DNA of 64,000 nt, counting the filler, from Sphacelaria rigidula (Eukaryota): NCBI GenBank assembly GCA_964200075.2. It is 7 parts of 7 records of this genome, joined end to end, with 100 filler letters (N's around TTAATTAATTAA, not from the genome) between each part and the next. Parts side by side here need not be neighbours in the genome. Positions count along the whole stretch, not along the records: positions 9,168 to 18,234 come from CAXNAA020009384.1; positions 18,335 to 27,400 come from CAXNAA020009385.1; 5 more parts are not named here. One strand, 5' to 3'. Under the pieces are notes generated by a model. That model did no database searches. It was not told where the DNA came from and worked only from the letters and a program-made list of their open reading frames with translations. The position numbers were made by a program, and so were the translations under genes. Positions 12,462 to 26,000 of this stretch are shown here, one piece after another. Every line of letters starts with the position of its first letter. The first letter of the stretch is position 1.

Positions 12462-14180
12462 TTGTCGCACAATCGCTGATCTCCCAGGTAGCCATGTGAT
12501 CAAGCAGTGGTCATTATCCATAAGATAAACGTAGCCCGAGACGGAAACAAAACTGAAATTCTCGCTGAAAAAAAGTAAATCAAGACTGAAAGGGTGGAAC
12601 AGACAATCAGAGTAGACTAATGAAGAGAAAGGGGGAAATAAAGGCGAAGCGAAAAAAAAAAAGAAAGTTCCTTTTGTTGCTTTTTTCATGTCGCTGTGGC
12701 CAAGCGTTTTTACGACAGATGGGAGAAAGAGTTAACGTCCAGGTACGCTCCCTGCATTGAAAGTCATTGTTGTTGATGTGATTGTAGCCAACAAGTTCGG
12801 GACGGGGAGAAGACCGGGTGAAATATCGAGCCACGCTTCTTGCCTTCGAACACGTCGTCGTGGGTCGTTCATGATAATTTTTGTGAGGATTTTGGTTTTG
12901 GACAATGACGGATATAATAAGCGCAGGAGAACATGGCATGTAAAAAAAAAGGGTGGCTACGTTGTCACCAATACGAGAATGTGTGTGTTGGGATATAGAA
13001 AAAGGGTGGGAGGTTGTCGAGGCCATTACAAGACACTAAGGATCTACACTATCATTCGAATATTCACGGTAATGGAAGCAACGGTGCCTTGGTGGAGCGG
13101 TGATGCTTGCCGGGTGGCAAAGGGGGTTTACAGGTGGCGATGGTGCTCGTCCGAAAAAGAGCGGAGCAGGCGACCTGTGTGATGAAAGCGATGCTCAGCG
13201 CTTTCTGGTCGTTCTCCAGCAGCAAAGATCGATCGCTATGGTGGTGTCTCTGATGAACCGTGCTTGTTTTTTCACGGCCACGCGTACACGCATGTACCCA
13301 GAATCCACGCTGTGCGTTGCTGGTGCTCTGGCTTGTCGCTCGTTTTGGATGATACTCTAGACATCAACTGTGACGACTGTGAGACGAGAACCATTGAGTA
13401 CAGGATACCAAGAGAACGACATGAACATGTAGTGCAGATGGGGACACACAGAAAGACTAAAGTACCCCTCACACACGTGCCATGACGGCAAGCGAGTAAG
13501 ATGAAGATGAAAAAAACTGAGGGAGACGGAGAAGCAGTAGTAGAGGTGGTTCGCTGTTGACTGATTGTTTGCATGTCGCCTGTTCTTACACGTTCACCAC
13601 CTTTTCAGCCGCAGTCACAAGCGCCACGTGCTCAAGGCCAATAGACGGAAACGCTCTCAACAGAAAACTCAAAGACAAAAAAAGTAAGCCGCGGAGTCAC
13701 TAAATCCCGCCTGGACGATCGGGGAGGACGGCTGTATCTACCGTACCGCACGACCATTCAAGGCCGGTACTATGGCACCACAATTTCAGTCTTCGTGCCC
13801 CATTTCTCAGAAGCGAGGCTAAGATGTGTTGGGAACGCTAGCGTTTTCGTCTCGACATTTGTCAGTATTTTGTACCGGTACTCGGCACCAATGCCACGAC
13901 TTCACCTTTCCCGGTGATATAAAAAACGACGCACGGGTCATTATTTAATAGCCATTACCCAATGACTTATGACCAAAGTACGATAGGGTTTGCCCGGCTC
14001 CGGACTCTGCACTCGATTGGCATTCAATACTCGACCGCCCAGCAGTGTTCATTTGTTGAATCGGCATCATTTCCTCACATGAAAATGACTGGAACATGGC
14101 TGAACGACCCATATGTATGTATATATATATATATTATATACGTTACCTAATGCGAGTAACGATGACCGGTCCTCATGTAC

Positions 14181-14213
14181 CTTGGCTATCGATCTCATTG
14201 AGCGTGCGAACCC
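14181..14213 (-). CDS. Possible small downstream exon (GVRTLNEIDSQ)
   Basis: AG/GT boundaries, in phase with the preceding exon; no further in-phase exon was confirmed. Confidence 0.3.
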
Positions 14214-14458
14214 CTTGTATATATATATATATATACGGGAGATACATTCAAAGATCTTCATCATGACGTTTAATCCTCGAATCCTAACTACGCACGGCTT
14301 CACCAGACAGCGACGAGAGACACTACGCTGGCGATTAACAGAGCTGAAGAGGCAGGCATGAAAAAATTGAGGCGGAAGATTGAAGGCCAAACGCAAGAGG
14401 TGTGTGTGTTTGTGTTTGTGTTTGTGTTTGTGTGTGTGTTACAAAAGTTCAAACATAC

Positions 14459-14686
14459 CTTCTTGCCCGCGCTTTCGCTTGCTGTACGCGAAGGAGCATG
14501 CACCCACCAAGGCAAACAAGAGAGCCGCCCCCGCGACCGCGATCCCAATTTCCACAGAGTCCAGCCCACCGTCATCGCCATCAGATTCCTCGACATCGCG
14601 CGTGACGGTCTTACCTTCGCACCCGCATTCCACCTGCTGGAAATCTGCGTCCGAGTAGTTTGTCACCCCATCCATGAAGTACGTGC
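14459..14686 (-). CDS. Exon encoding a transmembrane helix (IGIAVAGAALLFALVGACSFAY) followed by KRKR
   Basis: Polypyrimidine tract plus CCAG acceptor, AG|GTATGT donor, hydrophobic ~22-mer followed by a basic stop-transfer cluster. Confidence 0.75.
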
Positions 14687-15908
14687 CTGGTTAAGGGGGA
14701 GAGGAGACGGGCGGATGTACGGGGGTCATTTGAGGTATAGACACATTTGGTTCACCTTTGCGTCTCATCTTTGGTGTTTCCATGAATAATCGGATACAGA
14801 CGTCCGCAGTTCGCTACTCAAAGATATGAAATTTGGACGGAGGCTTAAGCATTCGTTTGTCGAAAAACCTATGAGGGCTACAGAGTACAGATACACAAGT
14901 ACGCGTGTGGGGCTACAGGGCACAGTGTTTGCTCGGCACCATTTGTCATGGTAATGGTAATGGTACTGATCGTGATGCTCAAGTGTAGTGTCCCCCGCGC
15001 ACGGTGTGTTGAGAATTGTGTGCGGCCTCCCAATGAATAACGGCTGTCAGCTCAAATCTAGCTGTCCTGAAAGAAGAACATGATCAACGCGCTTCGTTAC
15101 CTACATGCTTTTGAACGGCGGGAGAGGTGGTTTCGTTAGAGTATGACACCACCGACTCGTCCCGAGGAAGGAGAGGAGTTGAAAATGAGAAAAAAAAAAA
15201 TCCAAATTCAAATGGTGGGCCACACGTGCAGGGACAGCAGCGGAACATTCGTTCTGCGGAACGTGAGTTTGAGTGCTTTGCTCTGTTGGAGCTCACTTTG
15301 CCTTGTGGGAAGCGTGATTTCTGGGTGCGCGGCCCTTGACAAAATGTCCGAGCTGATAATTATCGCGGCTGTGCGAGTCTTCCCTCGAACGTCATGACAC
15401 AGTCTTTGGGTGTTTAGAGTTTCGACAAATTCACGCCTGTACCGAGAAAAACGTGGATCCGGCGCTTTCTTGACGAACGAGATACAAGATACAAGACGAG
15501 ATTAGCATTCAGTTACTGCACGTCGTGGGTATCGTCCCACACCACAGAAGCCGAGCTGGCAGACGGCATGCCATGGTCATCTATCTGAGGCTCCTGGCTA
15601 TCTGGCTCACCTTCCTAGACACGACAAAGGGAGAGGACGCAGAACTTGAGGATAAAGCTTTCGGGACACATTTCCAGTCCTGCTCTTCCTGAGGACAAGC
15701 CCTCAGTCGCAAGAGCCCAACCCTATATTCCCCCCCCCGTACATGCCTGATACCCTGCTATTGTGGACTGGGTCGGCGCTCCCGCACCGAGTAGACTCTA
15801 ATCAAATATTTTTTCTCTGCTACTGACGTCCTTATATTTTTACGCCGGATATCAGATCCTCCCGCCGTGAGAATAAACCCCGAGTAGTAGTCTTGGATCT
15901 CGTAGGAT

Positions 15909-15941
<33 letters not shown>

Positions 15942-16271
15942 GGGTTCGGGTTCTTTGGGGGTTCGGAGCCACCCCGATTTGTCCCTTNNNNNNNNNNTTT
16001 ATTTTCGCTCCAGGTTTCTGCCACCCCCCCCGGGAGGAAACACCCCGCGGATGGCTTTTGGGTTTCGTTGGCTTCCCCCCCCCCCCCCCCCCACTGCGCT
16101 CTAGTCGGTTTCGAGTTATTGCGGTGTACGATGACATCCGTATTGATCCCTTGAGCCCGCGGGTGTGTCTCGGGGAAGCGGGGAACGGGGGGGGTAAAAT
16201 CAAAGGCGAGACAAATAACACTTAAGGACAGAGCTTGCAGCATTGGACATAACACACAATACCAGACTTAC

Positions 16272-16452
16272 AGCTCCAAGTACCGTCGAGCAGTGCATCG
16301 CTCGGGTCGGAGACGTCGTCCACCGACAGTTCCGCAGCGGAGCAGATGTAGCGCAATTCCGAGACCTGGCTAACGCCGTCCGTCTCCGTGACTTCTTCTA
16401 TTATCGCGATAGACCAGTGTTGCTCATCGTCATCATCATCAGATGTTGTTTC
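16272..16452 (-). CDS. Exon of a putative single-pass membrane protein (ETTSDDDDDEQHWSIAIIEEV...LLDGTWS)
   Basis: CCACAG acceptor, GTAAGT donor; phase-1 join to 14686 reads W-S-C-T-Y-F-M. Confidence 0.7.
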
Positions 16453-18119
16453 CTGTGGGTGTTTTAGTCGGGGCATATTATAGCGGTATTAAATTCATCA
16501 CCGTGCTCTTTAGATCACGGTATGGTGTCCGCTCAACCGATACATCAAATTCAACAGTGGTTTGAGTTTTTCGAGAAACATCCTTGTTGCTATGCAGGTA
16601 TCGTGAATTAATATATATATATATACATTGATGAAAAATTTAAAGCAGACTGAAGGGAAACCTCCCGATCAACCGAACACTGCCAACAAAAAACGGAGCT
16701 GAACATCGAGCTGACGTATCGCCCACTTTCAAAAATCGAAGGAGCAAAGTCATCTACACCTCCTTAAATCTCCTGCTGCAGCCCTACGTAAACGGCGTGC
16801 TACTTATCTGCTCTGCTCGTTTCTTCCTCTTGTCTTTCTCCTTGATCTCGCGTTTCCTTCGGCGATTTTGTCTGGTTACTCGTGTTGGGTACACGTACAT
16901 CCATCATGTGACCACTGCTGGTCCCGTTAATATGCAATAGTCAATCAATCAATCGACACATCGAGTGTCATATTCTGGAGCACCGGGGACAATGCACAGC
17001 AATGGCACACAGTGACGACGACTACAACGGGATGTGCATCAGACCCCACCACATAGAGTCGGTAAGTAAACGCATGCCACGCATCTTCAGCTTTCACCCG
17101 GTTTGTGTTTCACTATACTTGAACGTAGGGGTAGTCTGCGAATATAAACTATGGCGACCCACTACTGTATACATGGGGGAAACGTGTCTCGAGGCTGGGC
17201 ACAGACAGAAGGGCGAGGAACCACGCAGATTTCTGCTTGGTAAAAAAAAGAATGGCCCGTAATCCATGAAACCGCCGAAAATGTGTCGATCGGCTCCTTT
17301 CGCTTAAAGCTTTCTATTCTTGCGGCAACGTTAGCTGACTTGCTGAAACGTCGATTCATTTCTGCAACAGCCAGACGGGAAAGGTATCTTTCAAGGATAT
17401 GGCATTTACTCTTCCGAACCTTGTGTTGCGATGGTCCGATCTCCAAACTCTACTCAAATATTGGGGAGAGTTAGATACGATCGCACTCGAGAGTACGATT
17501 TTTCAAGATACTCAAATGTGGGAAGTGCCCTACCCAAAATACTGTTGGCATCTTTCATGCCGCGGAGCCTCGTGTGCATACTCGGACGATAGTGCGGTGT
17601 TTTTTGAGCGAGGGTGCCGCTGGTGACCTTGTGAGCGCCAGACTTCACCTCTGATCCCAAAGCACCGCGCGGACTTGGTAAAAGTTCAGCAGTCGTAACG
17701 AGTTGCGGCAGCCTCTTTTCCCCTCAAGACATAAAAAAGACAAATCGCATGCCAACTCGGAGCAGTTTGCACACGAGTATATTAAAAACGACTTAGTACT
17801 ATCGATAAGCTCGGTTGTGTTTTCACCCAAACACACGTTCGTACCCGGGTGATCACAGCGACCAGCCAAGTGCGTACGCCAACGCAAATACTTTTACATA
17901 CTTCATATCATTTCGTTCTATGAACGTCACGTTTCGACGACAAAATTACGGAATTTTTCCTCGAAAAAATGTTTGACAAAGTCATAGTAGCAGAATACGA
18001 CATGATATGCCATCCATGTCCGAAGTCCCTCCGCTCCGAAGGAACAGGACTAAAGCCAGCTATCGACGGAGAAAATTCGGCCAATCAGATTTTTCCATTT
18101 TTTTTTTTTGAGGAAGGGG

Positions 18120-18234
18120 GGTGTACTCATGATCATGCACCCCAAAGTCATAAGACCATTGACCTCGCATCCTTACAGTGCCGGGACGGAGCACGCCGGG
18201 TTTTCGCCAGACCAGGCTCGCACTCAAACCACCA
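18120..18234 (+). repeat. 5' part of the G-tract-associated repeat, cut by the contig end
   Basis: GTGTACTCATGATCATGCAC...CCATTGACCTCGCATCC...GGACGGAGCACGCCGGG. Confidence 0.85.
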
Positions 18235-18334
18235 NNNNNNNNNNNNNNNNNNNNNNNNNNNNNNNNNNNNNNNNNNNNTTAATTAATTAANNNNNNNNNN
18301 NNNNNNNNNNNNNNNNNNNNNNNNNNNNNNNNNN
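18235..18334. other. Artificial contig linker
   Basis: Same N/TTAATTAATTAA/N structure. Confidence 0.97.
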
Positions 18335-19849
18335 CGCGAAGGGTGCACAGATTTGGTGAAACACTTGCTTTGCGTAGTCGGAGAAAATAAGATGGATTTC
18401 ATCGGCGCTTCACTTGGCCAAACATAATCGAACCCAATCAGTCTCTTCTCTGCAGGAAAGTGATGAAAAGCTGGTAGGCCTGCTTGAGGTGGGTGGTTTT
18501 GGAGAGAATTAGCGTAGAGCTATGTCAATCTCTCGATAAACCCTTGGATACTATAAAACGGTTCACCCAAAATGTTGATACCTTGGACTATGCGTACCAA
18601 ACTCTTCATTATTGTGACAATATGCTGACTTCTCTGCATACGACCCCTACATTACATGAGCTATTCATTATTTTGCGATATATATATATATATATATATA
18701 TCCAATCTCTGCGTTTACTACTACGAAAATCGCTACTTCGATACTTCTCAGCTCAGCCGTAACTAGTTCTTCTGCCGCTGATATTACGTACGTGCTCGTA
18801 ATAGTTATTCCTGAATTCCCAAGACGCCCTTCGGAATGACGTTTCGGATATATATTCAAGGATAAAAACACACTCATTATTTCCCAGTATGTATGCTGTA
18901 CTTGTACGTTACTGTTCTTTACTGTACGTCCGCTGTACTCCACTCAAATGTTCCTCCATGATGAAAGAACGTTAGGGTTATCGAATACTCGTATCTACTA
19001 AGCTCACTGATTCCTACTCCGTTGATGATGTCGAAGCTGCTCTCGTCAGTTCTTGCTCCTTCGTTGATTGTTCTTAAACTACACCTTAGTTGATGTTTCT
19101 TCTCTACAATTTTTCGTTCTCTACGTTGCACCGAAAACATCAGTCCTTAGTTCGTATGCCTACTGCGCCTCGGAGTTGACGCCGTCGCTGTTGTCCATGA
19201 CGATTAAATGCTTCTCGGATTTTTCTTTGGTCCGTGACTCTTTGCTGCTGGAGATTGACAATCCTGCTGACTGCTTTACTCGGGGTAGTTTCAAATTTGA
19301 CATTTCAGCGGTTGTCCCTCTTCTACTTGCCGTATAGGTGTACCTTTACTACTATTTATGTGCACCGTTGGTTTCATCAATTTTTGGTCAGGTACACAGG
19401 TGATTAAACTGATTTATTGCCATTACTTTGTAGACGTACATTGGTCGTTCATCGAAACTGTTTGCCTTGTGATGAATCTAAACTCTTGATATCCAGTACC
19501 CGTTTGATATCCGCTTCCTTATGTCGAGAACATTGCCGCGGTTGTTGCTGCTGCTTACCGTGCTGACGAGAATTATGATTTCTCTAACTTGTAGATGTAT
19601 ACTTACTCTTATTCTGATTTACTGTCTCGGAAACTTTGATGACGACTTATTCTTATTACTCGTCTATACTATTTTTTACATCGATAAAACGAACCTTCGT
19701 CTACTTTTGCCCTTGAACTGACAGAGCTTTGCTTACGCCCATTGATTTTCCCGATACTACTGTAGCTATTGGCGCTGAACTACTTCATTTATTCCCACAG
19801 ATACTTCTCATCATACTGATTTTCACTAGTATCCCATCGCAGTCAACAT

Positions 19850-21330
19850 CCACTGGAACTTCAAAATCCCCCAAGTCCAGATGTGGATCTGCTGGGAAAA
19901 GAGTGCTCACGCGCTTCTTGAGCGCTTCGCAAGCCGAAAATAAGCCTTTTCCCTAAATTGGGCACTGCAGTAGCTGGTAAGCACACAGATTGCTCACAAA
20001 CCATGAATGTGTCACTATTGTGTGTATCACTCCTCCTCTGCCTGTTCCTTTCAGCAGGTGTCCTTCTGCTGTTTCTATACGCATTGGGGGACTAAACTCA
20101 ACGTAGTCTGACATTTCCCGCTCGACCAAGCAGCCACTTGCTATTAACGTAGTAGGTGGCTGCACCTGAGTCGACCACTTCTGAAAACGAAGTTGACATC
20201 ACGGGTGGCCACTGAGGTCTGTAACCTGGCCATTTTGGGACCTTATCCACCTTTGGCAAGGTCCGCGGGTGGGGTAGACAACTGAGGAGCATTCGCACAG
20301 CATGGACAGGATCGAAACAAAACATGTCCCAGTCTATAGGCGGGTGACTCCCCTGTAGACTGGAACACGCTTTGTTTCGATCCTGTCCATGCTGTGCGAA
20401 TGCTCTTCAGTTGTCTACCCAACCCTCGGACCTTGCCAACGGTGGATAACGTTGCAAAATGGCCAGGTTACAGACCCCAGTGGCCACCCGTGATGACTTT
20501 TCCACCATGATTATCCACAGGTTCTGCGAGAAAGGTGGAACCTATTCCGTGTGTAGTGAAATCGCAGATGCCGACGATGCACTTGCATTTAGAGCTTGTG
20601 CGTCTGTAGGCTCTGAAGATGTAATTTTGTCCAGGGTAACGGTGTTTGCTTGCTGATCTGGATGCTCGACATTCCTATTGTGCTCGACATCCCTACTATT
20701 ACCTCTCATGTATTCGTTTCTGTTTGACTTCTGTATACCGTGTTATTCTGGTCAGCTGTTTTGTGTCAAGTACACCATTTTGTCTGTCTACCACTATCAC
20801 TAGACTTTTGTCTGGACCTGCAGCCACGCATGTGATGGTCTGTCTACCACAAGTGAAACACTACATTCTACAGGCGATGCTGTGACCATAGCACTACCTT
20901 TACCATGTGACTTTTGACCCGAAACACTACGTGCTATTCGATATACGTACACATTACGCATTGTTGACTCCATCTCCGTCGAACTAAAATCAGGGTAACG
21001 CTCTGCATTTCATTTTTATGTATGTACTCATCTATCGACCCTTTGATGACAACATCAGTTAAGCGCCCATCCGATACGATCTCCCCCATGTGTACTAACT
21101 CGTCGCGTAATTGAAACACTTGAGTCAGAAATATAGCAGGATCTTTACCCTGTGAGATGGTGAGGTTACCTATTAGTCTTACTGAAACACGTCGTCTTTG
21201 CTTGGACGAGTTTTGGTATTTCGCAACTAAACCATCTCGAGCTCTTTTACCATCGGGTCTAGATGAGCCCTTAGGTTCGAATCGTAGAAGACAACTTGCT
21301 GCGCGACCGGTTGTAGTCAGGTGCAATAAC
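19850..21330 (-). mobile_element. Ty1/Copia gag-protease relic, inverted duplicate interrupted by a MITE
   Basis: Same motifs (DGKRARDGLVAKYQN, VVDSGAATYYVNS) on the minus strand. Confidence 0.8.
20200..20492. mobile_element. 293 bp fold-back MITE with CAC...GTG termini and a 2-bp AT TSD (CMC/CACTA-like)
   Basis: ~140 bp arms with ~12 mismatches; the empty site GTTGACATGACTTT is visible in the other arm near 24598-24611. Confidence 0.92.
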
Positions 21331-22479
21331 GAATGAACGGCAATGGCCTAGAAAGGGTATACCTTCTGGTTTTTTGCCCGAGAAAGGTACGAAAAATGGC
21401 CAGAAACGCGAAAACAGCCAAACACGCCATTTTGATCGTTTTTTCGCTCCGAATTTTCCACGCACATTATTATGAGGGGGCAATTGGCACCCGGGACCTG
21501 AAAATATAAGGACAAACAATCATGTTACTCGATAGATATGGCCACGCGAAAACGGACATGTCGCCTCCAGAAACCGCCTACCTCTTGTAGGCCACATTTC
21601 GCCGAGGTATACCTGATCTAGAAATTCTTCTTCACTCATACCTTACCTGGACCACCAATCGGCCGAGAACGTACCTCTGCTAGGCCATCGCTCTCTACGC
21701 CGTACCGGGCAGTCTACGCGCCAACTCCAACCATGGCGCCTACACATTCTGCTCTTTTCCCGCTCATTTGCCGTTCACGGTCGCCACAACGACCACCACC
21801 CTTTTCCCCCGGAAATGGTGCCCGAGTCTCTCCGCATCGACACAATAACTGGACTCACAACTCACAACGCGTCGGTCTTTTGTGATGCGGGAGGTTGTGC
21901 AACACCGTACTGTTCCGATCTCGGGATCGGTGTCATGGTCAAGCTAGGCTCTTCCGTTCCGTCACCAACGGGCGGTTGTCGCGTGATCGATGGTGAGTTC
22001 AAGCAACGGATACAGTACTGGCGGTGACGCATGTATGAACAGGATCAGAACACCAATGGCGTTCAGCACTACGGTTGTTGGGGGCGGATGTTTGCTTTTG
22101 AGGCACGCAGACCCCTAGAATACAAAAGTAGATCGCTACGATGACCACGTGTTGACAGTGATGCCCTGCGAGCAAAGGGTGTACCACGAGCATGGGTGGC
22201 CGACTACCATCAAATTGTTCATTATTTCACACCCTGGACAATGAAATCTACAGTGAAAATACGTACTGCGTATAGGATGGAATATTTTGCTTGTTGCAAT
22301 AGGTGCGATAGTCTATATTACACGCAGCACACTTTTTGATTTAGGGCGTGCATTAGTCGACGGGAGTTAACGCGGTGCGGGCGTGGTGACCCAATCCGCT
22401 ACACCCTTAATGCAAAGCGTGTACCGGAGGAGGGATGGGTTGATCCCTTGAGACCACGGACTCGTCCCGAATATGACTT

Positions 22480-22568
22480 GGGTACGTCTATGATGTGACT
22501 ACGGCTGCTGGATCCCTGGGGTTCAGTTAAAGTACGACAATCAATCAAATCAAATCAAATCAAATCAA
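22480..22568 (+). repeat. Retroposon-like 3' end with (AATC/AAATC)n tail
   Basis: GTGACTACGG...GATCC...CAGTTAAAGTACGACAATCAATCAAATC; related ends near 250-325 (-), 6115-6230 (-) and 12460-12525 (-). Confidence 0.55.
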
Positions 22569-23001
22569 GATGACCTGAGCCCTCACACCGCGAAGGTAGT
22601 CCATCTGGATAATGCATATTTCTTTCAAGTTAAATTGATGCCGATTCAACACCAGACCTACTCTCGCCATCAAAGGGTTAACCCCTTAGACCGCGATGCG
22701 GATAGAACATCTGGACCACGGACACCTCTCTCACGTACACCTGATGCCGATTCAGCTCGTGACCTACCCTCGACGTCAAAGGGTTAACCCGCTTTCGGAA
22801 AATATGTGTGTACACCCGATTTGTTAAGGTCGCGATACTGTACAGGGTCACAGGCGAGAGGGGGGTCTCGTCGACAACGTGCTGATGCTGAATACAGTAG
22901 CCATCAAGTGGCAGTTGTGCAATCACATTACTTCGATTTGAATGTCATACATCGCAGGGCAAACGAGTTCACGGTTGACGTTTGTCTCACAGGTTTTCTG
23001 C

Positions 23002-26000
23002 CTGAACGTCAATAGTGTTCTGATCCTGTTCATACATGCGTCACCGCCAGTACTGTATCCGTTGCTTGAACTCACCATCGATCACGCGACAACCGCCCGT
23101 TGGTGACGGAACGGAAGAGCCTGGCTTGACCATGACACCGGTCCCGAGATCGGAACAGTACGGTGTTGCACAACCTCCCGCATCACAAAAGACCGACGCG
23201 TTGTGAGTTGTGAGTCCAGTTATTGTGTCGATGCAGAGAGACTGGGGCACCATTTCCGGGGGAAAAGGGGGGTGGTCTTTGTGGCGACCGTGAACGGCAA
23301 ATGAGCGGGAAAAGAGCAGAATGTGTAGACGCCATGGTTGGAGTTGGCGCGTAGACTGCCCGGTACGGCGTAGAGAGCGATGGCCTAGCAGAGGTACGTT
23401 CTCGGCCGATTGGTGGTCCAGGTAAGGTGTGATTGAAAAAGAATTCCTAGATCAGGTATACCTCGGCGAAATGTGGCCTACATACAAGAGGTAGGCGGTT
23501 TCTGGAGGCGACATGTCCGTTTTCGCGTGGCCATATCTATCGAGTAACATGTTTTCTTGTCCTTATATTTTCAGGTCCCGGGTGCCAACTGCCCCCTCAT
23601 AATGATGTGCGTGGAAAATTCGGAGCGAAAAAACGATCAAAATGGCGTGTTTGGCTGTTTTCGCGTTTCTGGCTATTTTTCGTATTTCCCTCGGGCGAAA
23701 AAACCAGAAGGTATACCTTTTCTAGGCCATTGCCCTTCATTATTGTACCTGACTACAACCGGTCGCGCGGCAAGGTGTCTTCTACGATTCGAACCTAAGG
23801 GCTCATCTAGACCCGATGGTAAAAGAGCTCGAGATGGTTTGGTTGCGAAATACCAAAACTCGTCCAAGCAAAGACGACGTGTTTCAGTAAGACTATTAGG
23901 TAACCTCACCACGTCACAGGGTAAACATCCTGCTATATTTCTGACTGAAGTGGTTCAATCACGCGACGAGTTAGTACACATGGGGGAGATCGTATCGGAT
24001 GGGTGCTTAATTGATGTTGTCATCAAAGGGTCGACATATGAGTACATACATATAAAATGAAATGCAGACCGTTACCCTGATTTTAATTCGACGGAGATGG
24101 AGTCAACAATGCGTAATGTATACGTGAATCGAATAGCACGTAGTGTTTCGGGTCAAAAGTCACATGGTAAAGGTAGTGCTATGGTCACAGCATCGCCTGT
24201 AGAATGTCCTTGGAAGTCAACAAGACCCCAAGTAAAGTGTTTCACTTGTGGTAGACAGACCATCACATGCGTGGCTGCAGGTCTATACAATAGTCTAGTA
24301 ATAGTGGTAGACAGACAAAATGGTGTACTTGACACAAAACAGCTGACCAGAATAACACGGAATACAGAATTCAAATAGAAACGAATACATGAGAGGTGAT
24401 AGTAGGGATGTCGAGCACAATAGGAATGTCGAGCATCCACATAAGCAAGCAAACACCGTTACCCTGGACAAAATTACATCTTCAGAGCCAACAGACTCAC
24501 TAGCTCTAAACGCGAGTGCCTCGTCGGCATCTGCGATTTCACTACACACGGAATAGGTTCCACCTTTCTCGCAGAACCTGTGGATAATCATAGTAGAAAA
24601 GTCATGTCAACTTCGTTTTCAGAAGTGATCGACTCAGGTGCAGGCACCTACTACGTTAATAGCAAGTGGCTGCTTGGTCGAGCGGGAAATGTCAGACTAC
24701 GTTGAGATTAGTTCCTCAATGAGTATAGAAACAGCAGATGGACACCTGCTGCAGAGGAGGAGTGATACACACGATAGTAACATATCCATGGTTGTGAGCG
24801 ATCTGTGTGCTCACCAGGTACTGCAGTGCCCAATTTAGGGAAAGGCTTATTTTCGCCTTGCGAAGCACTCAAGAAGCGCGTGAGCACTCTTTTCCCAGCA
24901 GATCCACATCTGGACTTGGTGGATTTTGAAATTCCAGTGGATGTTGACCGCAACGGGATACTAGTGAGTATCAGTATGAAAAGTATCTATTGGAATAAAT
25001 GAAGTAGTTCAGCGCCAACAACTACAGTAGTATCGGGAAAATCAATGGGCGTAGGCAAAGCTCTGTCAGTTCAAGAGCAAAAGTAGACGAAGGTTCGTTT
25101 TTTCGACGTAAAAAACAGTATAAACGAGTGATAAAAGTGAGTCGTCATCAAAGTTTCCAAGACAGTAAATCAGAATAAGAGTAGGTATACATCTACAAGT
25201 TAGAGAAATCATAGTTCTCGTCAGCACGATAAGCAGCAACAACAACCGCGGCGATGTTCTCGACATAAGGAAGCGTATATCAAACGGGTACTGGATATCA
25301 AGAGTTTAGATTTATTACAAGGCAACCAATTTCGATGAAAGACAAATGTACGTCTACAAAGTAATGGCAATAAATCACTTCAGTCACCTGTGTACCTCAA
25401 CAAAAATGGGTAAAACCAACGGATTACATAAATAGTAGTAAAGGTACACCTGTACGGCAAGTAGAAGAGGAACAACCGCTGAAATGTCAAATTTAAAACT
25501 ACCCCGAGTGAAGCAGTCAGCAGGATTGTCGATCTTCAGCGGCAAGGAGTTACTGACCACGGAAAATCCGAGAAGCACTTAATCGTCATGGACAACAGCG
25601 ACGGCGTCAACTCCGAGGCGCAGTAGGCATACGAACTAGGGACTGATGTTTTCGGTGCAACGTAAAGAAGGATAAATTGTAGAGAAGAAGCATCAACTAC
25701 GGTGTAGTGTGAGAACAATCAACTAAGGAGCAAGAACTGACGGGAGCAGCTTCGACATCATCAGCGGAGTAGGAATCAGTGAGCTTAGTAGATACGAGTA
25801 TTCGATAACCCTAACGTTCTTTCATCATGGAGGAACATTTGAGTGGAGTACAGCGGACGTACAGTAAATAACAGTAACGTACAAGTACAACATACATACT
25901 GGGAAATAATGAGTGTGTTTTTTCCCTTGAATATATATCCGAAACGTCATTCCGAAGGGCGTCTTGGGAATTCAGGAATAACTATTACGAGCACGTACGT

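Larger units (their letters stand above)
18335..22066 (-). repeat. Left arm of a large inverted duplication (begins at the contig edge)
   Basis: Colinear reverse complement of 23002-26432; paired ORFs such as 18484+/26017-, 19521+/25066- and 21815+/23041- differ by scattered substitutions. Confidence 0.95.

Noticed and set aside
15890..16100. Apparent diverged duplication and poly-Gly/Pro ORFs around a 10-N gap
   Set aside because: Pattern fits low-quality read ends after C homopolymers overlapping across a gap; probable assembly artefact
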